This document shows positions 1 through 10,112 of a stretch of DNA of 64,000 nt, in pieces. Position numbers and translations under genes: made by a program. The stretch comes from an uncultured delta proteobacterium (GTDB lineage Bacteria; Myxococcota; Myxococcia; Myxococcales; Myxococcaceae). A model generated the notes under the pieces. That model saw only the letters and a list, made by a program, of their open reading frames with translations. It was not told where the DNA came from and did not search any database. The stretch covers positions 98,580 to 162,579 of the forward strand of contig CAVYSY010000022.1 in NCBI GenBank assembly GCA_963771175.1, written 5' to 3'. Numbering within the stretch: position 1 is the stretch's first letter; every line of letters begins with the position of its first letter.

Positions 1-743
1 TCGCGGATCAGCTGCACGAAGGCCCGGGCGAGCATCTCGGCCCCGCCCTCCGCCACGAGCTGCCCCGCCGACTGGAGCGCCAGGAGGGTGAGCTTCATCG
101 AGAGCGCACCGTTCGCATCCTCCGGCCCGCGCCCCGCGTGCAGGATCCACGGAGCGAGCAGCCCTCGCCATGCCTCGGAGGAGAAGGTGGTCTCCAGCAA
201 ATCTCTCGCGCTCAGCAGGAACTCGCCAGCGAACGGAGACAGACTCCTGCCATCCTCGGCGAGCATCAGCCGCCGGAACAGCTCCGCGGCGCGTGGGGAG
301 TCCAGCTCCGAGCCCAGCAACTCGAAGACCGCTTCCGCATGGGGGCCAAACCCTTGCAGGAGCTGCGCCCAGGCCGCGCCGTCACCCGGAGCGAGACGAT
401 CGGCTTCGGCCATGTTGGCCTCGAGGCTCGTGGAGAGCACCGCCGCCTGGCCATCTGGCATCGAGACCGCGGTGGGCAGCGAGGTGGGGATGAGCTTCAG
501 ACCCCGCTCGGCGAGCGCACTTCCGAAAACGGCATTGGCCTGGGAGAGTGCGAAGAGGATGAAGTACCCGGCATAGAGATCATGGTGGAAGCCCGGCAGG
601 GTCAGTTCCTCGGTGCGAACCCCTCCCCCGGGACGCGCGTTCTTCTCCAGCAGCAACACGCTCCACCCGGCGCGAGTCAGGTAGGCAGCGCAGACGAGCG
701 CATTGGGTCCACTGCCAATGATGATTGCATCATGGGTTTGCAT
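1..743 (-). CDS. NAD(P)/FAD-dependent oxidoreductase, phytoene desaturase family (runs off window edge)
   Basis: Not in ORF track; manual translation gives MQTHDAIIIGSGPNALVCAAYLTRAGWSVLLLEKNARPGGGVRTEELTLPGFHHD (Rossmann GxGxxA, E...GG); GGAGG RBS upstream. Confidence 0.85.
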   Translation of the reverse strand, partial: MQTHDAIIIGSGPNALVCAAYLTRAGWSVLLLEKNARPGGGVRTEELTLPGFHHDLYAGYFILFALSQANAVFGSALAERGLKLIPTSLPTAVSMPDGQAAVLSTSLEANMAEADRLAPGDGAAWAQLLQGFGPHAEAVFELLGSELDSPRAAELFRRLMLAEDGRSLSPFAGEFLLSARDLLETTFSSEAWRGLLAPWILHAGRGPEDANGALSMKLTLLALQSAGQLVAEGGAEMLARAFVQLIR

Positions 744-785
744 TGATTCCTCCCAGGGAGGGGTTCACGTCCGGGGTGGAGGGGC

Positions 786-1202
786 TCAGGGCTTGAGCGC
801 TTCCGCGATGTTCGTGAACCCAGCCCAGGTGCGCTTGATCTTGCCGTCGACGATGTGGGAGTAGTGGATGCCAGTGATTTCCGAATAGCGCCCGGTGGGG
901 GCGAAGCCGGCGAAGGTGCCCTGGTGCGTTCCCGTCATCAGCATCTTGGTCGCCACCACGTCGCCCTCGGCCACCATCTCCTGGACGATGTATTTGATGT
1001 CGGGGAAGGCCTTGCGGAAGGAGATCACCCTCTGGCGGAAGGCTTCGCGCCCGCTCTGGACCGGAGCACCCCCCGCGAGCGGCGGGGCGTCGAACTCGTA
1101 GTCCTCGTGGTAGAGCTCGTCGATCATCTCCAGACGGTGCTGGGTCAGCAGGACACCGAAGAGCGTCCGGATGAGCTGCTTGTTTTCCTCTGGGGTCGTC
1201 AT
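786..1202 (-). CDS. SnoaL-like ester cyclase
   Basis: EENKQLIR...AFPDI...VAEGDVVA...GTHQGTFAGFAPTGR signature. Confidence 0.9.
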   Translation of the reverse strand: MTTPEENKQLIRTLFGVLLTQHRLEMIDELYHEDYEFDAPPLAGGAPVQSGREAFRQRVISFRKAFPDIKYIVQEMVAEGDVVATKMLMTGTHQGTFAGFAPTGRYSEITGIHYSHIVDGKIKRTWAGFTNIAEALKP

Positions 1203-1235
1203 GCGGCTTTCTCCTTGGGGGTTGTTCGACTGTCT

Positions 1236-1655
1236 TCAGGATTGGAGCTGCGCCAGCAGGGGCGTACCGTACGAGCAGAAGCGGAGACGCCGGATGCGTC
1301 CCTCGGACAGCTCGGCGAAGCAGAGCTGGGTCGAGGTGATTCTGTTGCCGGTGGGGGTGAGACCGGCGAACGGCCCCGTGTGGGTGCCATGGAGCACGTA
1401 GTCGACCGACACGTTCTCCCCATCGCCCAACAGGTAATGGCTCTCGTAGTTCAGGTCGGGGAAGGCCGCGTGGAACGCGGTCACGCCTCGTTTGAATGCG
1501 TCCAGGCTGTTCTGTCGGGCCACCTCGCTCGGGATCACCGGCGACTCGATGGAGAAGTCAGTCGTGCAGAGTGAATCGAGGACCTCCACCCTTCCGCCGT
1601 TCATCACCTCCGCGAAGAGCCGGCGGATGACATCCTTGTTGTCTTCGAGATTCAT
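1236..1655 (-). CDS. SnoaL-like ester cyclase
   Basis: EDNKDVIRR...AFPDL...GTHTGPFAGLTPTG signature. Confidence 0.9.
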   Translation of the reverse strand: MNLEDNKDVIRRLFAEVMNGGRVEVLDSLCTTDFSIESPVIPSEVARQNSLDAFKRGVTAFHAAFPDLNYESHYLLGDGENVSVDYVLHGTHTGPFAGLTPTGNRITSTQLCFAELSEGRIRRLRFCSYGTPLLAQLQS

Positions 1656-1757
1656 GTGTCCTCAGCTGCTCCGTCTTCGTGGGTATTTAAAAGACCCCGG
1701 AACTCACGGTTGTGAGGGACGCGGCTGGAGCCCGTGGCACGTTCCAGCCGCTGGCGC

Positions 1758-4234
1758 TCATTCCTTGCGGAAGACGACGAGTCCCCGGGCCGGAAGGACG
1801 ACGCGCAGCCCGTTCCCCCGAGGGGAGAGCGTCGCCTCCGAGGTTTCCCACATTGCTCCCGCCATACCGCTCGGCGTCGCTGTTGAAGATCTCCCTCCAA
1901 CCCCTCGCGTGGGACGAGGGGATCGGGAGCTCATATCCCTCGGAGAGGGGCCGCTCGTTGAGGCTGGCGATGATGAGGAGCTCCTCCTCCTGGCTCTGGC
2001 GCCTGAAGGCGAGGACGCGGTTGACATCGTGGGTGTAGAGGAGCTCGATGTCGCGCGAGCGCAGCGCTTCGTGGGTCAGGCGCAAGCGGATGAGCTCCTG
2101 GTAGAAGCGGAAGAGGTTCCGTCCCCGGCCCGCGCGCAACCCTCGGAGATCCTCCCGGTTGTTCAGGAAGGTGTCGTACCGGTAATCCCTGGCGGCGCCG
2201 ACCTCCTCTCCCATGAAGAACATGGGCGTGCCCGCGGAGAGCACCGAGAGGCCGAGGACCGTGCGGCAGCGCGCCTCGGCGGCCTGGAGCACCTCGCCCT
2301 GGAGCTCCACGGCGTTGGCGGCGATGACAATCGTCCTGGCCGTGCCGTCTCCGTTCCCGGCCTCGTCATGGGATGAGTGGTAGACGACCTTCCGCTGCCC
2401 TGTCCGCGCCAGCACCTGCGCGAAGGTGTTCATCGCCAGTGGCTGGCCGTCCGCCTTCGCCGCGGTCCAGAGCAGCTTGGCGAACTCCCTCCCGCGTGTC
2501 GGGTCTCCGATGAGGTGGTGGTGGTGCTCGGCGTACCACGCGGCATCGAACCCCAGGCCGCCCTCCGCGTCGGACGCGGTCACCGCGTCCCAGTCGGAGT
2601 GATCCTCCGCCATGAGCATCGACACCCGGGCGGATGAGCCTCAGGGTGCGGCTCCATTCGCGCAGGAACCTGGCCCCGAGGATGTTGGCGCGGGAGGCCT
2701 CCCGCCCATTGGCGTGGAGCACGTTGTAGCTGTGGATGCACGTGGTCTGATCCACGCGGAACCCATCCACATGGAACTCCTCCATCAGGACGGCCGCGCT
2801 GCTGATGAACATGGCGCGGACCTGCTCCCGGTTGAAAGCGGGGGCATATCCGGTGGACTGGTTGTCGATGTACCCGCCGTGTCCGGGGGTGGCCGTCGAG
2901 CCGGGGCTGGCCGCCACCCGCTCGTAATCCGGGTAGTCCTCGGGGCGCCCCTCGTAGAAGTAATAGAGATTGTCCGGGTGCGAGTTGGAGTCATACATCC
3001 ACTCCGCCCTGTCGGCATCCGGGTGGTAGTGGTTGTAGACGACGTCCATGATGACGGCGATCCCCCGCCGGTGGCACTCGCGGATGAAGTGCTTGAGCTG
3101 GTCGCGACCGCCGCCCGCGTACTCGATGGCGAGGTAGTGCGTGGTGGCGTAGCCCCAGTTTGGCAGCCCACCGAACTCGGACATCGGCAGCAGCTCGATG
3201 GCATTCACCCCGAGCTCCTCGAGGTAGTCGAGCAGCGCCATCGCGTCCTCCAGCGTGCCCGCTCCGTCCTTGCCGAAGCCGAGCGCCCCGACATGGAGCT
3301 CGTAGATGACGAGATCTTCGACACGGGAGGGGACGGGCCGCTCGGCGCGGTACTCGTCACGCCAGAACTCCTCCTCGGAGAGGAACTCCCGCTCGGGCCA
3401 TCGAGGCTCGGAGAAGTGCTTCGTCACCTGGTCGGGGTCGACCACCACCGAGCAGCTCACGGTGGCATTCAGTCCCTCTCGTCTCCCCGTGTAGGGCCTC
3501 CCCCCGGGGTTGAAGGTGCCCCGTCCGAGCTGACAGCGCGAGTAGAGATCCGTCCGATAGACGATCCGACCGTCCGCCAGGGTGAGCCTGAACATGTAGG
3601 GTTGGAACCGGAGCCGCTCGAACTCCAGGGCTCCGGGGCCATCGACCTCCGTTTCCCAGACACCGCCGTCCTGGCGGACCATCGGGAGGACCGGGAGGAG
3701 GGGAGAGATGCCGGTGCCGTCGTCCGCGATGTAGCCGCTCTCCTGGGTCCCGAACACCACCTCGGCCTTGCTCGCGTGGGGTGCCCAGACGGCGAAGCGC
3801 GCCAGGGGCATGGAGGTGTCCGGGCGGAAGTACTTCTGTGCGCCGAGGTTGCGCCCCTGGGTGAGGTGATAGCGCTCTCGCGAGGGTCCGGGTCCGAGCA
3901 CGAAGGAGCGGGTCCGCCTGCGTGAGGAGGGATCATCGACCTCGGTGGGGATGGCCCACAGGTCTGTTCCGGCGGGACCGTCCACGATGACGCCCCACTC
4001 GAACCGTGTGCCGAGCTGGGACTCGTCGAAGGAGACGGTTGCCCGGAAGCAGGGACAGCCGTCCTCTCCCGTGGCGGGTTCCATGGGATGGGTCGACCAC
4101 TGGTCGGACAGGTGGCCGCGTCCGTCCCAACTGCCGACGAGACGTGCGTTGCGAAGGACTTGTCGCTTCAGTCCGGTGGAGTACTCGAAATGGACAGTGA
4201 TGGGCATGGGGATCGTGCATGGGTTGTCCTGCAA
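1758..4234 (-). CDS. GH13 alpha-amylase family enzyme (branching enzyme/TreZ-like), two apparent frameshifts near 2621 and 1835
   Basis: IYELHVG, NWGY, DVVYNH, DGFRVD (nucleophile), AEDH (acid/base), SHDE and PMFFMGEE spread over ORFs 2366-4234, 1687-2625 and the tail of 1758-2027. Confidence 0.85.
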
Positions 4235-4271
4235 GCCATTCGATCCCCGGGCCGACTGTTGTGATGGGCGA

Positions 4272-4892
4272 TCAATCCTCCTCGTCCTCCACCAGGCCTT
4301 CCTGGAGGGCCAGGGTGCGCAGGCGGGCCTTGATGCGCTGGAACTGCTGGCGCATCGCCGCGGCCCGGCGTGCCAGGGCCTCCCCGCGCAGCGGCTCCTC
4401 TGGGGGCGCCATGGCCCGCGCTACCTCCTGCCATGGCAGGTTCTGGTCCAGCCGCAGCGCGAGCAGCTTCTGGTCCTGGGAATCCAGACTCTTGCGCAGC
4501 GCGCGGAAGCGCTCCTTCACGTCCGTTCGCTGCCAGGGGTTGGTCGCGGTGCGCTGCCGCAGGGAGTGCTCGGGGAGCGCGGAACGGGTGACGGCTATCT
4601 CCCGAGCGGAGGCCGCGTTCACCTGCTTGAGGCAGGCATTGCGCGCCATGCGGTAGGCCCAGGTCCGGAAGGAGCTCTCCCAGCGGAAGTTCTTGAGGCC
4701 CTTCAGGAGGCGCTCACTGAAGAGGCCGAAGGCATCCTGTGCACGCTCGTCGTCGGGGAGCACGGAATTCATCATCTTGCGGATGTCCCGACCATAGCCT
4801 CGCATGATCCGATCCACCGCCAGGTGCAGCTCACCCCGTCTGCAGAGATCGTGAATTTCCTCTTCCAGTCGCTCTCGATCCGTCACGTGCAT
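4272..4892 (-). CDS. ECF-type RNA polymerase sigma factor
   Basis: AQDAF...FRWESSFRTWAYRMARN (region 2) and LPWQEVARAM (region 4 HTH); start chosen at MHVTDRE, longer start at 4943 possible. Confidence 0.85.
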   Translation of the reverse strand: MHVTDRERLEEEIHDLCRRGELHLAVDRIMRGYGRDIRKMMNSVLPDDERAQDAFGLFSERLLKGLKNFRWESSFRTWAYRMARNACLKQVNAASAREIAVTRSALPEHSLRQRTATNPWQRTDVKERFRALRKSLDSQDQKLLALRLDQNLPWQEVARAMAPPEEPLRGEALARRAAAMRQQFQRIKARLRTLALQEGLVEDEED

Positions 4893-5080
4893 CGGCAGTC
4901 CTTTGGCTTCGTGATGGAGGAAGGTATTCCCCCCATGAGTCAAAGAGTCCTGAAGCCGCCAATGTGATGTATGGGATGGGGTCCGCCCGCGCTCATCACA
5001 ATGCGCGCCGTCGGGTTCTTCCTGAATGGAGGGACGAGGCGTGGGTTCACGCCGTCACCTCCTGAAAAGGGGCGGGACAC

Positions 5081-5494
5081 GTGAGCACCATTCTCCTCGT
5101 TGATGACGAACCCGAGATCCTCGAACTCTATTCCGAGGTGCTGGCGCTGATGGGCCACGACATCCTCCGCGCGCGTGACGGCGAGCAGGCCCTGAGTGTG
5201 GCGAGGTGGCGGCATCCAGATCTGGTGGTGACGGATTGGATGATGCCGCGCATGGATGGTGTCGAGCTCTGCTCCGCGCTCTCCCGGGCCGAGGAGCTTC
5301 GCGACATCCCCATCGTCATGCACAGCGGCTCGGGAGACCCCCATGCCCCAGGTGTCCGGGCCTTCCTTCCCAAGGGCAGCGACCTGGAGTGGTTCGAGGA
5401 GGTGGTGACCCGGGTGCTCAGGATGGGGTCGCGCCTGTTTCGTTCCCGAGGGCCTCCCGGTGATGGCGGTGTTCACGCAGCACCGCGCGTCTGA
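5081..5494 (+). CDS. Single-domain response regulator
   Basis: ILLVDDE, VVTDWMMPRMDG, FLPK receiver motifs. Confidence 0.9.
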   Translation: MSTILLVDDEPEILELYSEVLALMGHDILRARDGEQALSVARWRHPDLVVTDWMMPRMDGVELCSALSRAEELRDIPIVMHSGSGDPHAPGVRAFLPKGSDLEWFEEVVTRVLRMGSRLFRSRGPPGDGGVHAAPRV

Positions 5495-5499
5495 GCGCA

Positions 5500-8400
5500 T
5501 CACAGACATGCCTGCTCCTGGGCGGAACCGACTGCTCGCAGGAGGTGCTCCCGCGCCGCCTCCGGCTGGTCCTGGCTCCAGGCCTCGAGCGCGTCCGTGA
5601 GGGTTCCCGCCAGCGTGTCTGTCAGCCGTTGTTGTCTTGGATCGAGCAGCGCCCGAGCGTGCTCCAGCGCCTCCTCCAGTGCCCCGCGGTGCAGGGCCAT
5701 TGCCAAGAGGAGCCACAATCCCTGCCACTGGAGCGGGTAGGGGGAGAGCACCGCGAGCTTCCGCCAGCACTCCAGGGCGGCCCGGGCCTCCAGCTCGGCC
5801 TCGGTGAAGCGCTGCTCCTTCCAGGCCACCCAGGCGCGGTTGGCCCTGGCCGCGCCCACGTAGTCGTCCATGTGCGCGGCGGAGGCAGCCTCCAGGCTCC
5901 GCTCGCACCACGCCCGTGTCTCGGCCACCTGGCCGCGCTTGCGGTACACCAGGGTCAGGTCGGTGAGGAGGCGGGACTTCATCGTCAGGTCTCCCGTCCG
6001 CTCCGCCAGCCGCAGTCCGGCGAGGCCCTGCCGCTCCGCCTCGTCGAGGTCGCCGTGGTGCAGCAGGCCGAAGGCGTGGCAGAAGCGCGTCTGCGCTCGC
6101 AGGCCCACGTCACCGGACTCGTCGCTGGCCCGCACCGCCAGGCGCCCGTACTCCACCGTTTCGGAGGAGACCACGTAGCGCTCCTGCCGGAGGGCCGTGT
6201 TGAGGAGCAGCACGAAGAAGCAGGCGCGTTGCCTCGGGGTTCCGTGGGCCTCCACCACCGGGCGCACCTTTCGCACCAGCTCGGCCATCTCGTCGCACCG
6301 GTTCATCCAGTAGCAGGTCCAGTGACGGTCTACCTGGACCTGCACCCACTCGTGCCACCAGGCCGCCGCGGTCTCTTCCGGATGGGCTCCGGTCTGGTCG
6401 CGGGGCTCCGCGGGCGCTTCCCCCAGGGCCGCCTCCGCCTCGTCGTAGGCGCGCAGCGCGCCCTCGTGCCGGTGGTGCGTCTCCCAGGTCTTGCCCCGCT
6501 TGCGGTGCACGCGTGCCCGCCGGACCCGCGCGTCGGGCCGGAGCCGGAACAGGGCCTCGCCGTAGGCCGCGTGCGCCTCCTTCCTCTGGACGGTGAGCGC
6601 GAGCACGTCCCCGAGGCTCTCGTGCAGGCGGCACAGGCGCTCTCGCCAGTCGTCCGGTTCCTCCCGTCGTGCGCGCAGGTACTCGTCCGCCTCGGCGAGG
6701 GCCGCCCGGTAGAAGGCGATGGCCTCGCCATTGGCATGGGCGGACCGGGCATGGTCTCCCGCGAGGCCGAAGTAGTGGATCGCCCGCTCGGGGACCCGGG
6801 CCTTCGACCAGTGATGGGTCAGGGTCGGGTACGCGAGCGCGAAATCCAGCGCCCCCGCGGCGCGCCGCTCGATGGCCTCGGCCGCCCGGTGGTGCAGGCG
6901 TTGGCAGTGCTCGGGGGGGATCCGTCCGTAGGAGAGCTCGCGCAGCTTGTCGTGGACGAAGCGGAGTTGCCCTCCCGAGGTCTCCTCGAGGATCTGCCGG
7001 ACCCTCAGCGTCTCCAGTCCCTCGAGGGCCTGGGGGTCGTCCATCCCGGAGGTTTCCAGGAGGAGCTCGGCCTCGAACTCGCGTCCGAGGACGGCGGCGA
7101 GCTCCACCAGCGCCCGGGCCTGGGTGTCCAGGTCTCGCAATCGCAGGTGGATGAGCTCCGCGATGGAGCCGGGCAGGCCGAGGGAGTGCAGCGGATCCCG
7201 GGTCGCGGCCCGCTCATCCAACCGCCACCGGCCGGTGCCATCCCGATGGAGCAGTCCCTCCGCGATGGCGGCCCGCAGGTACTCGGCGACGAAGAACGGG
7301 TTACCCTCGCACTGGTGGACCAATCCGTCGAAGTCCCGTGGCAGCGATTGTAGGGCGAGCATGCCGCAGGCCATCGACTGGATGCTCCGCGTGTCGAGCC
7401 TCCCCAGCTCCAGATGCAGGGCCTCGGGTGCGGACACCACCTCCCGCAGCGTCCCCTCCAACTCCTCGGGACGGTAGGTGCCCAGCAGCAGCACGCCCCG
7501 CTCGACCAGGTGCTCGTGCCGCAGCAGGCACAGGAAGCCCAGCGTCATCTCGTCCGCCCACTGGAGGTCGTCGATGATCAGCAGAAGGGGTTCCTCCTCG
7601 GCGAGGGCGAAGAGGACCTCCTGGAGGCTGGAGAAGATGCGCGCGCGCTCGGCTTCCTCGCTGGAGAGCGGAGTCGGCGCTGGCAGCTCCCGCTGGCCGG
7701 GCAGCTCGTCCAGGCGGGGCTCGTAGGGGACCAGCACCTTGCCCCGGGGTCCGAGCAGCCGAGCCGTCTCCTCCGCGCCCAAGTGCCGGCACCGATCCGC
7801 CACCGTGGTCAGCAGCGAACGGAAGGGGTGGAGGGGGGGCGCCTTCAGGCGGGCATCCACCCGGGTGCCCGAGATCCCGAGCGGGACGCACTCGCAGGTC
7901 ACCACGGCCAGCTCACGGCCGAAGCTCTCGCGGGCCATCTCCAGTGCCAGGCGCGTCTTGCCCGTTCCACTGGCGCCGCCGACGAAGATCTTCCCGCCCC
8001 TGCCGAGCCCCAGTGCGTCGAGCCGGGCGCGGATCTCTCTCACGGCCTCGTCCCGGCCCGTGAAGAGCGGGCGGTAGAGGTAGGGCTGGGAGGGGGGGAG
8101 GTCCTCCGGCTCCTCGGCTTCCGGCTCCAGCTCCGAGAGGACCCGGGCCACGTCCTCGGCATAGCCCAGGCGATCCTGGGGATGCTTCTTGAGCAGCTCG
8201 AGGATGAGCCACTCCAGCCGTTCCGGGAGCTCCTCCCCGAGGAGCTCGGAGGGAGGGGGAGGTGGACTCCGGAGATGCCGGCGGCGGATGGCCTTGTCCG
8301 GACCGCCGACGAAGGGAGGAAGGCCGGTCACGCACTCGTAGAGGATGCAGCCGAGTGCGTAGAGATCGGCGCGGGCGTCCACGAAGTCACCGCGGATCTG

Positions 8401-9084
8401 CTCGGGCGCCATGTACAGCAGGGTGCCGTGCGTGTTGCCGTCCACCTGGAGTACCTCCCGGCCGCCCGCGCCCGCGAACGCCACCGCGCCCCCGAAGTCC
8501 CCGAGGACGACCGTTCCATTCTCGCGGATGAAGATGTTGCCGGGCTTGAGGTCGCGATGGACGAGGCCTCGGCCGTGCAGGTAGGCCAAGGGGGTGCACA
8601 GGCGCCGGAGCACCCTCAGCAGCGGGCGCGCGGGCAGGACGGGCGGGGCGCTGGGATCGCGCGAGTGGAACTCCTGCCCGTGGAGCTGTCCGGAGCCGTG
8701 CGTCTCCGAGGCACGGGTGGCCCGGGAGTCGAACTTCCAGTACCGGGCGATGAGCTGTTTGAGCGTATGGCCCTCGAGCAGCTCCATGGCGTACCAGGGG
8801 AGCCCGGCGGAGAACCCGTGCTCGACTATCCGGATGATCCCGGGGTGGTGGATCCGGCTGAGCGCCTGCACCTCGCGCCGGATGCTGGCGAGCGTGGAGG
8901 CGTGCGTGAGGCGGACCGTCTTCACGGCGAAGTACTCACCGGTCTCGCAGTGGCACCCCAGGTAGACGACCCCCATTCCGCCCTTCCCGAGGATGCCCTG
9001 GAGCTCGTACGGGCCCAGCGTCCGCGGTGTGGGCAGTTCGTGTTTGGATAGGGAGCGCTCCCCGTGCCTCTGTGCTTGTCCCAT
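5500..9084 (-). CDS. Ser/Thr protein kinase with AAA-type NTPase and TPR-like C-terminus
   Basis: GKGGMGVVY, AVK, HRDLKPGN, DFG, YMAPE; Walker A GASGTGKT, Walker B LLIIDDLQWAD, GNPFF; helical repeats at C-terminus. Confidence 0.9.
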   Translation of the reverse strand: MGQAQRHGERSLSKHELPTPRTLGPYELQGILGKGGMGVVYLGCHCETGEYFAVKTVRLTHASTLASIRREVQALSRIHHPGIIRIVEHGFSAGLPWYAMELLEGHTLKQLIARYWKFDSRATRASETHGSGQLHGQEFHSRDPSAPPVLPARPLLRVLRRLCTPLAYLHGRGLVHRDLKPGNIFIRENGTVVLGDFGGAVAFAGAGGREVLQVDGNTHGTLLYMAPEQIRGDFVDARADLYALGCILYECVTGLPPFVGGPDKAIRRRHLRSPPPPPSELLGEELPERLEWLILELLKKHPQDRLGYAEDVARVLSELEPEAEEPEDLPPSQPYLYRPLFTGRDEAVREIRARLDALGLGRGGKIFVGGASGTGKTRLALEMARESFGRELAVVTCECVPLGISGTRVDARLKAPPLHPFRSLLTTVADRCRHLGAEETARLLGPRGKVLVPYEPRLDELPGQRELPAPTPLSSEEAERARIFSSLQEVLFALAEEEPLLLIIDDLQWADEMTLGFLCLLRHEHLVERGVLLLGTYRPEELEGTLREVVSAPEALHLELGRLDTRSIQSMACGMLALQSLPRDFDGLVHQCEGNPFFVAEYLRAAIAEGLLHRDGTGRWRLDERAATRDPLHSLGLPGSIAELIHLRLRDLDTQARALVELAAVLGREFEAELLLETSGMDDPQALEGLETLRVRQILEETSGGQLRFVHDKLRELSYGRIPPEHCQRLHHRAAEAIERRAAGALDFALAYPTLTHHWSKARVPERAIHYFGLAGDHARSAHANGEAIAFYRAALAEADEYLRARREEPDDWRERLCRLHESLGDVLALTVQRKEAHAAYGEALFRLRPDARVRRARVHRKRGKTWETHHRHEGALRAYDEAEAALGEAPAEPRDQTGAHPEETAAAWWHEWVQVQVDRHWTCYWMNRCDEMAELVRKVRPVVEAHGTPRQRACFFVLLLNTALRQERYVVSSETVEYGRLAVRASDESGDVGLRAQTRFCHAFGLLHHGDLDEAERQGLAGLRLAERTGDLTMKSRLLTDLTLVYRKRGQVAETRAWCERSLEAASAAHMDDYVGAARANRAWVAWKEQRFTEAELEARAALECWRKLAVLSPYPLQWQGLWLLLAMALHRGALEEALEHARALLDPRQQRLTDTLAGTLTDALEAWSQDQPEAAREHLLRAVGSAQEQACL

Positions 9085-9293
9085 TCAATCCCCCAAAGGC
9101 GTGCGTCGGCTGTGCTCTCTCTGGGAGATGGAGAGAGGGACCCGTTCTGTGATGGAAAAGGCCGCTCCGACGCCTGGGGGAGCCCCTCGCGATCCTCCGA
9201 GGCAGGGACTCCGAGGCAGGGACTCAAAGGACCGGATGTGACATGAAGCAGGGCCTTCCCGTGAGGCCCGGAAGGGTGTAGGCCGCTGCCCGT

Positions 9294-10112
9294 ATGGTTG
9301 CCCCCCGCCCCTTGCGTGACGCGGACCTCTCCCGGGTGGAGGGGGTCTTCACTGACGTCGACGGTACCCTCACCACCTCGCACCGACTGCGCTCCACCAC
9401 GGTGCGGGCGCTCGAGCGCCTGGCGGATGCCGGCCTCAAGCTGGTGCTGGTGACCGGCCGCCCGGCGGGTTGGGGTGAGGCGTGGGCGCGCACGCTGCCG
9501 GTGGACGGGGTCATCGTGGAGAACGGCGGCCTGTTCTTCCTGCGGGGGCCCGGCGGCAAGTTGCGGAAGGTGTATGCGGAGTCCCCACGCGTCCGGGAAT
9601 CGAACCGGCGGCGCCTGGTGGCCGAGGTGACGGACGTGCTGCGGCAGGTACCGGGAGCGCGCCTGTCCATGGACAGCGCCTACACCGAGGTGGACCTGGC
9701 CGTGGACTACAACGAGGAGGCGCGGCTGGGCGAGGCGGGGGCCGGGCGCATCGAGGCGCTGCTGCGGGCGCGCGGGGTGACGGCGGTGCGCTCCTCGGTG
9801 CACGTCAACTGCTGGCTCGGTCGCTTCGACAAGCGCTCCGCGGTGCGCCGTTTCATGAAGCTCGCCTGGGGCCTGCGGTCGGAGCCGGGGGAGCCGCGTT
9901 TCGTGTACGTCGGGGATAGTTTCAACGATGCCCCGATGTTTGAAGAGTTCGCCCTGAGTATCGGGGTGGCCAACGTGCGGCGGGTGCTGGATCGCATCGA
10001 CACGCCGCCGGCCTTCATCACCCGGGCGGAGGAGGGGCGGGGCTTCGAGGAGCTCGCCCGTGTCCTTCTCGCCCAGCGGGGCCGCAAGGCCCCACGAGGA
10101 GTCAGAGCGTGA
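9294..10112 (+). CDS. HAD-IIB family hydrolase
   Basis: FTDVDGTLT, VTGR, YVGDSFNDAPMF motifs. Confidence 0.9.
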   Translation: MVAPRPLRDADLSRVEGVFTDVDGTLTTSHRLRSTTVRALERLADAGLKLVLVTGRPAGWGEAWARTLPVDGVIVENGGLFFLRGPGGKLRKVYAESPRVRESNRRRLVAEVTDVLRQVPGARLSMDSAYTEVDLAVDYNEEARLGEAGAGRIEALLRARGVTAVRSSVHVNCWLGRFDKRSAVRRFMKLAWGLRSEPGEPRFVYVGDSFNDAPMFEEFALSIGVANVRRVLDRIDTPPAFITRAEEGRGFEELARVLLAQRGRKAPRGVRA

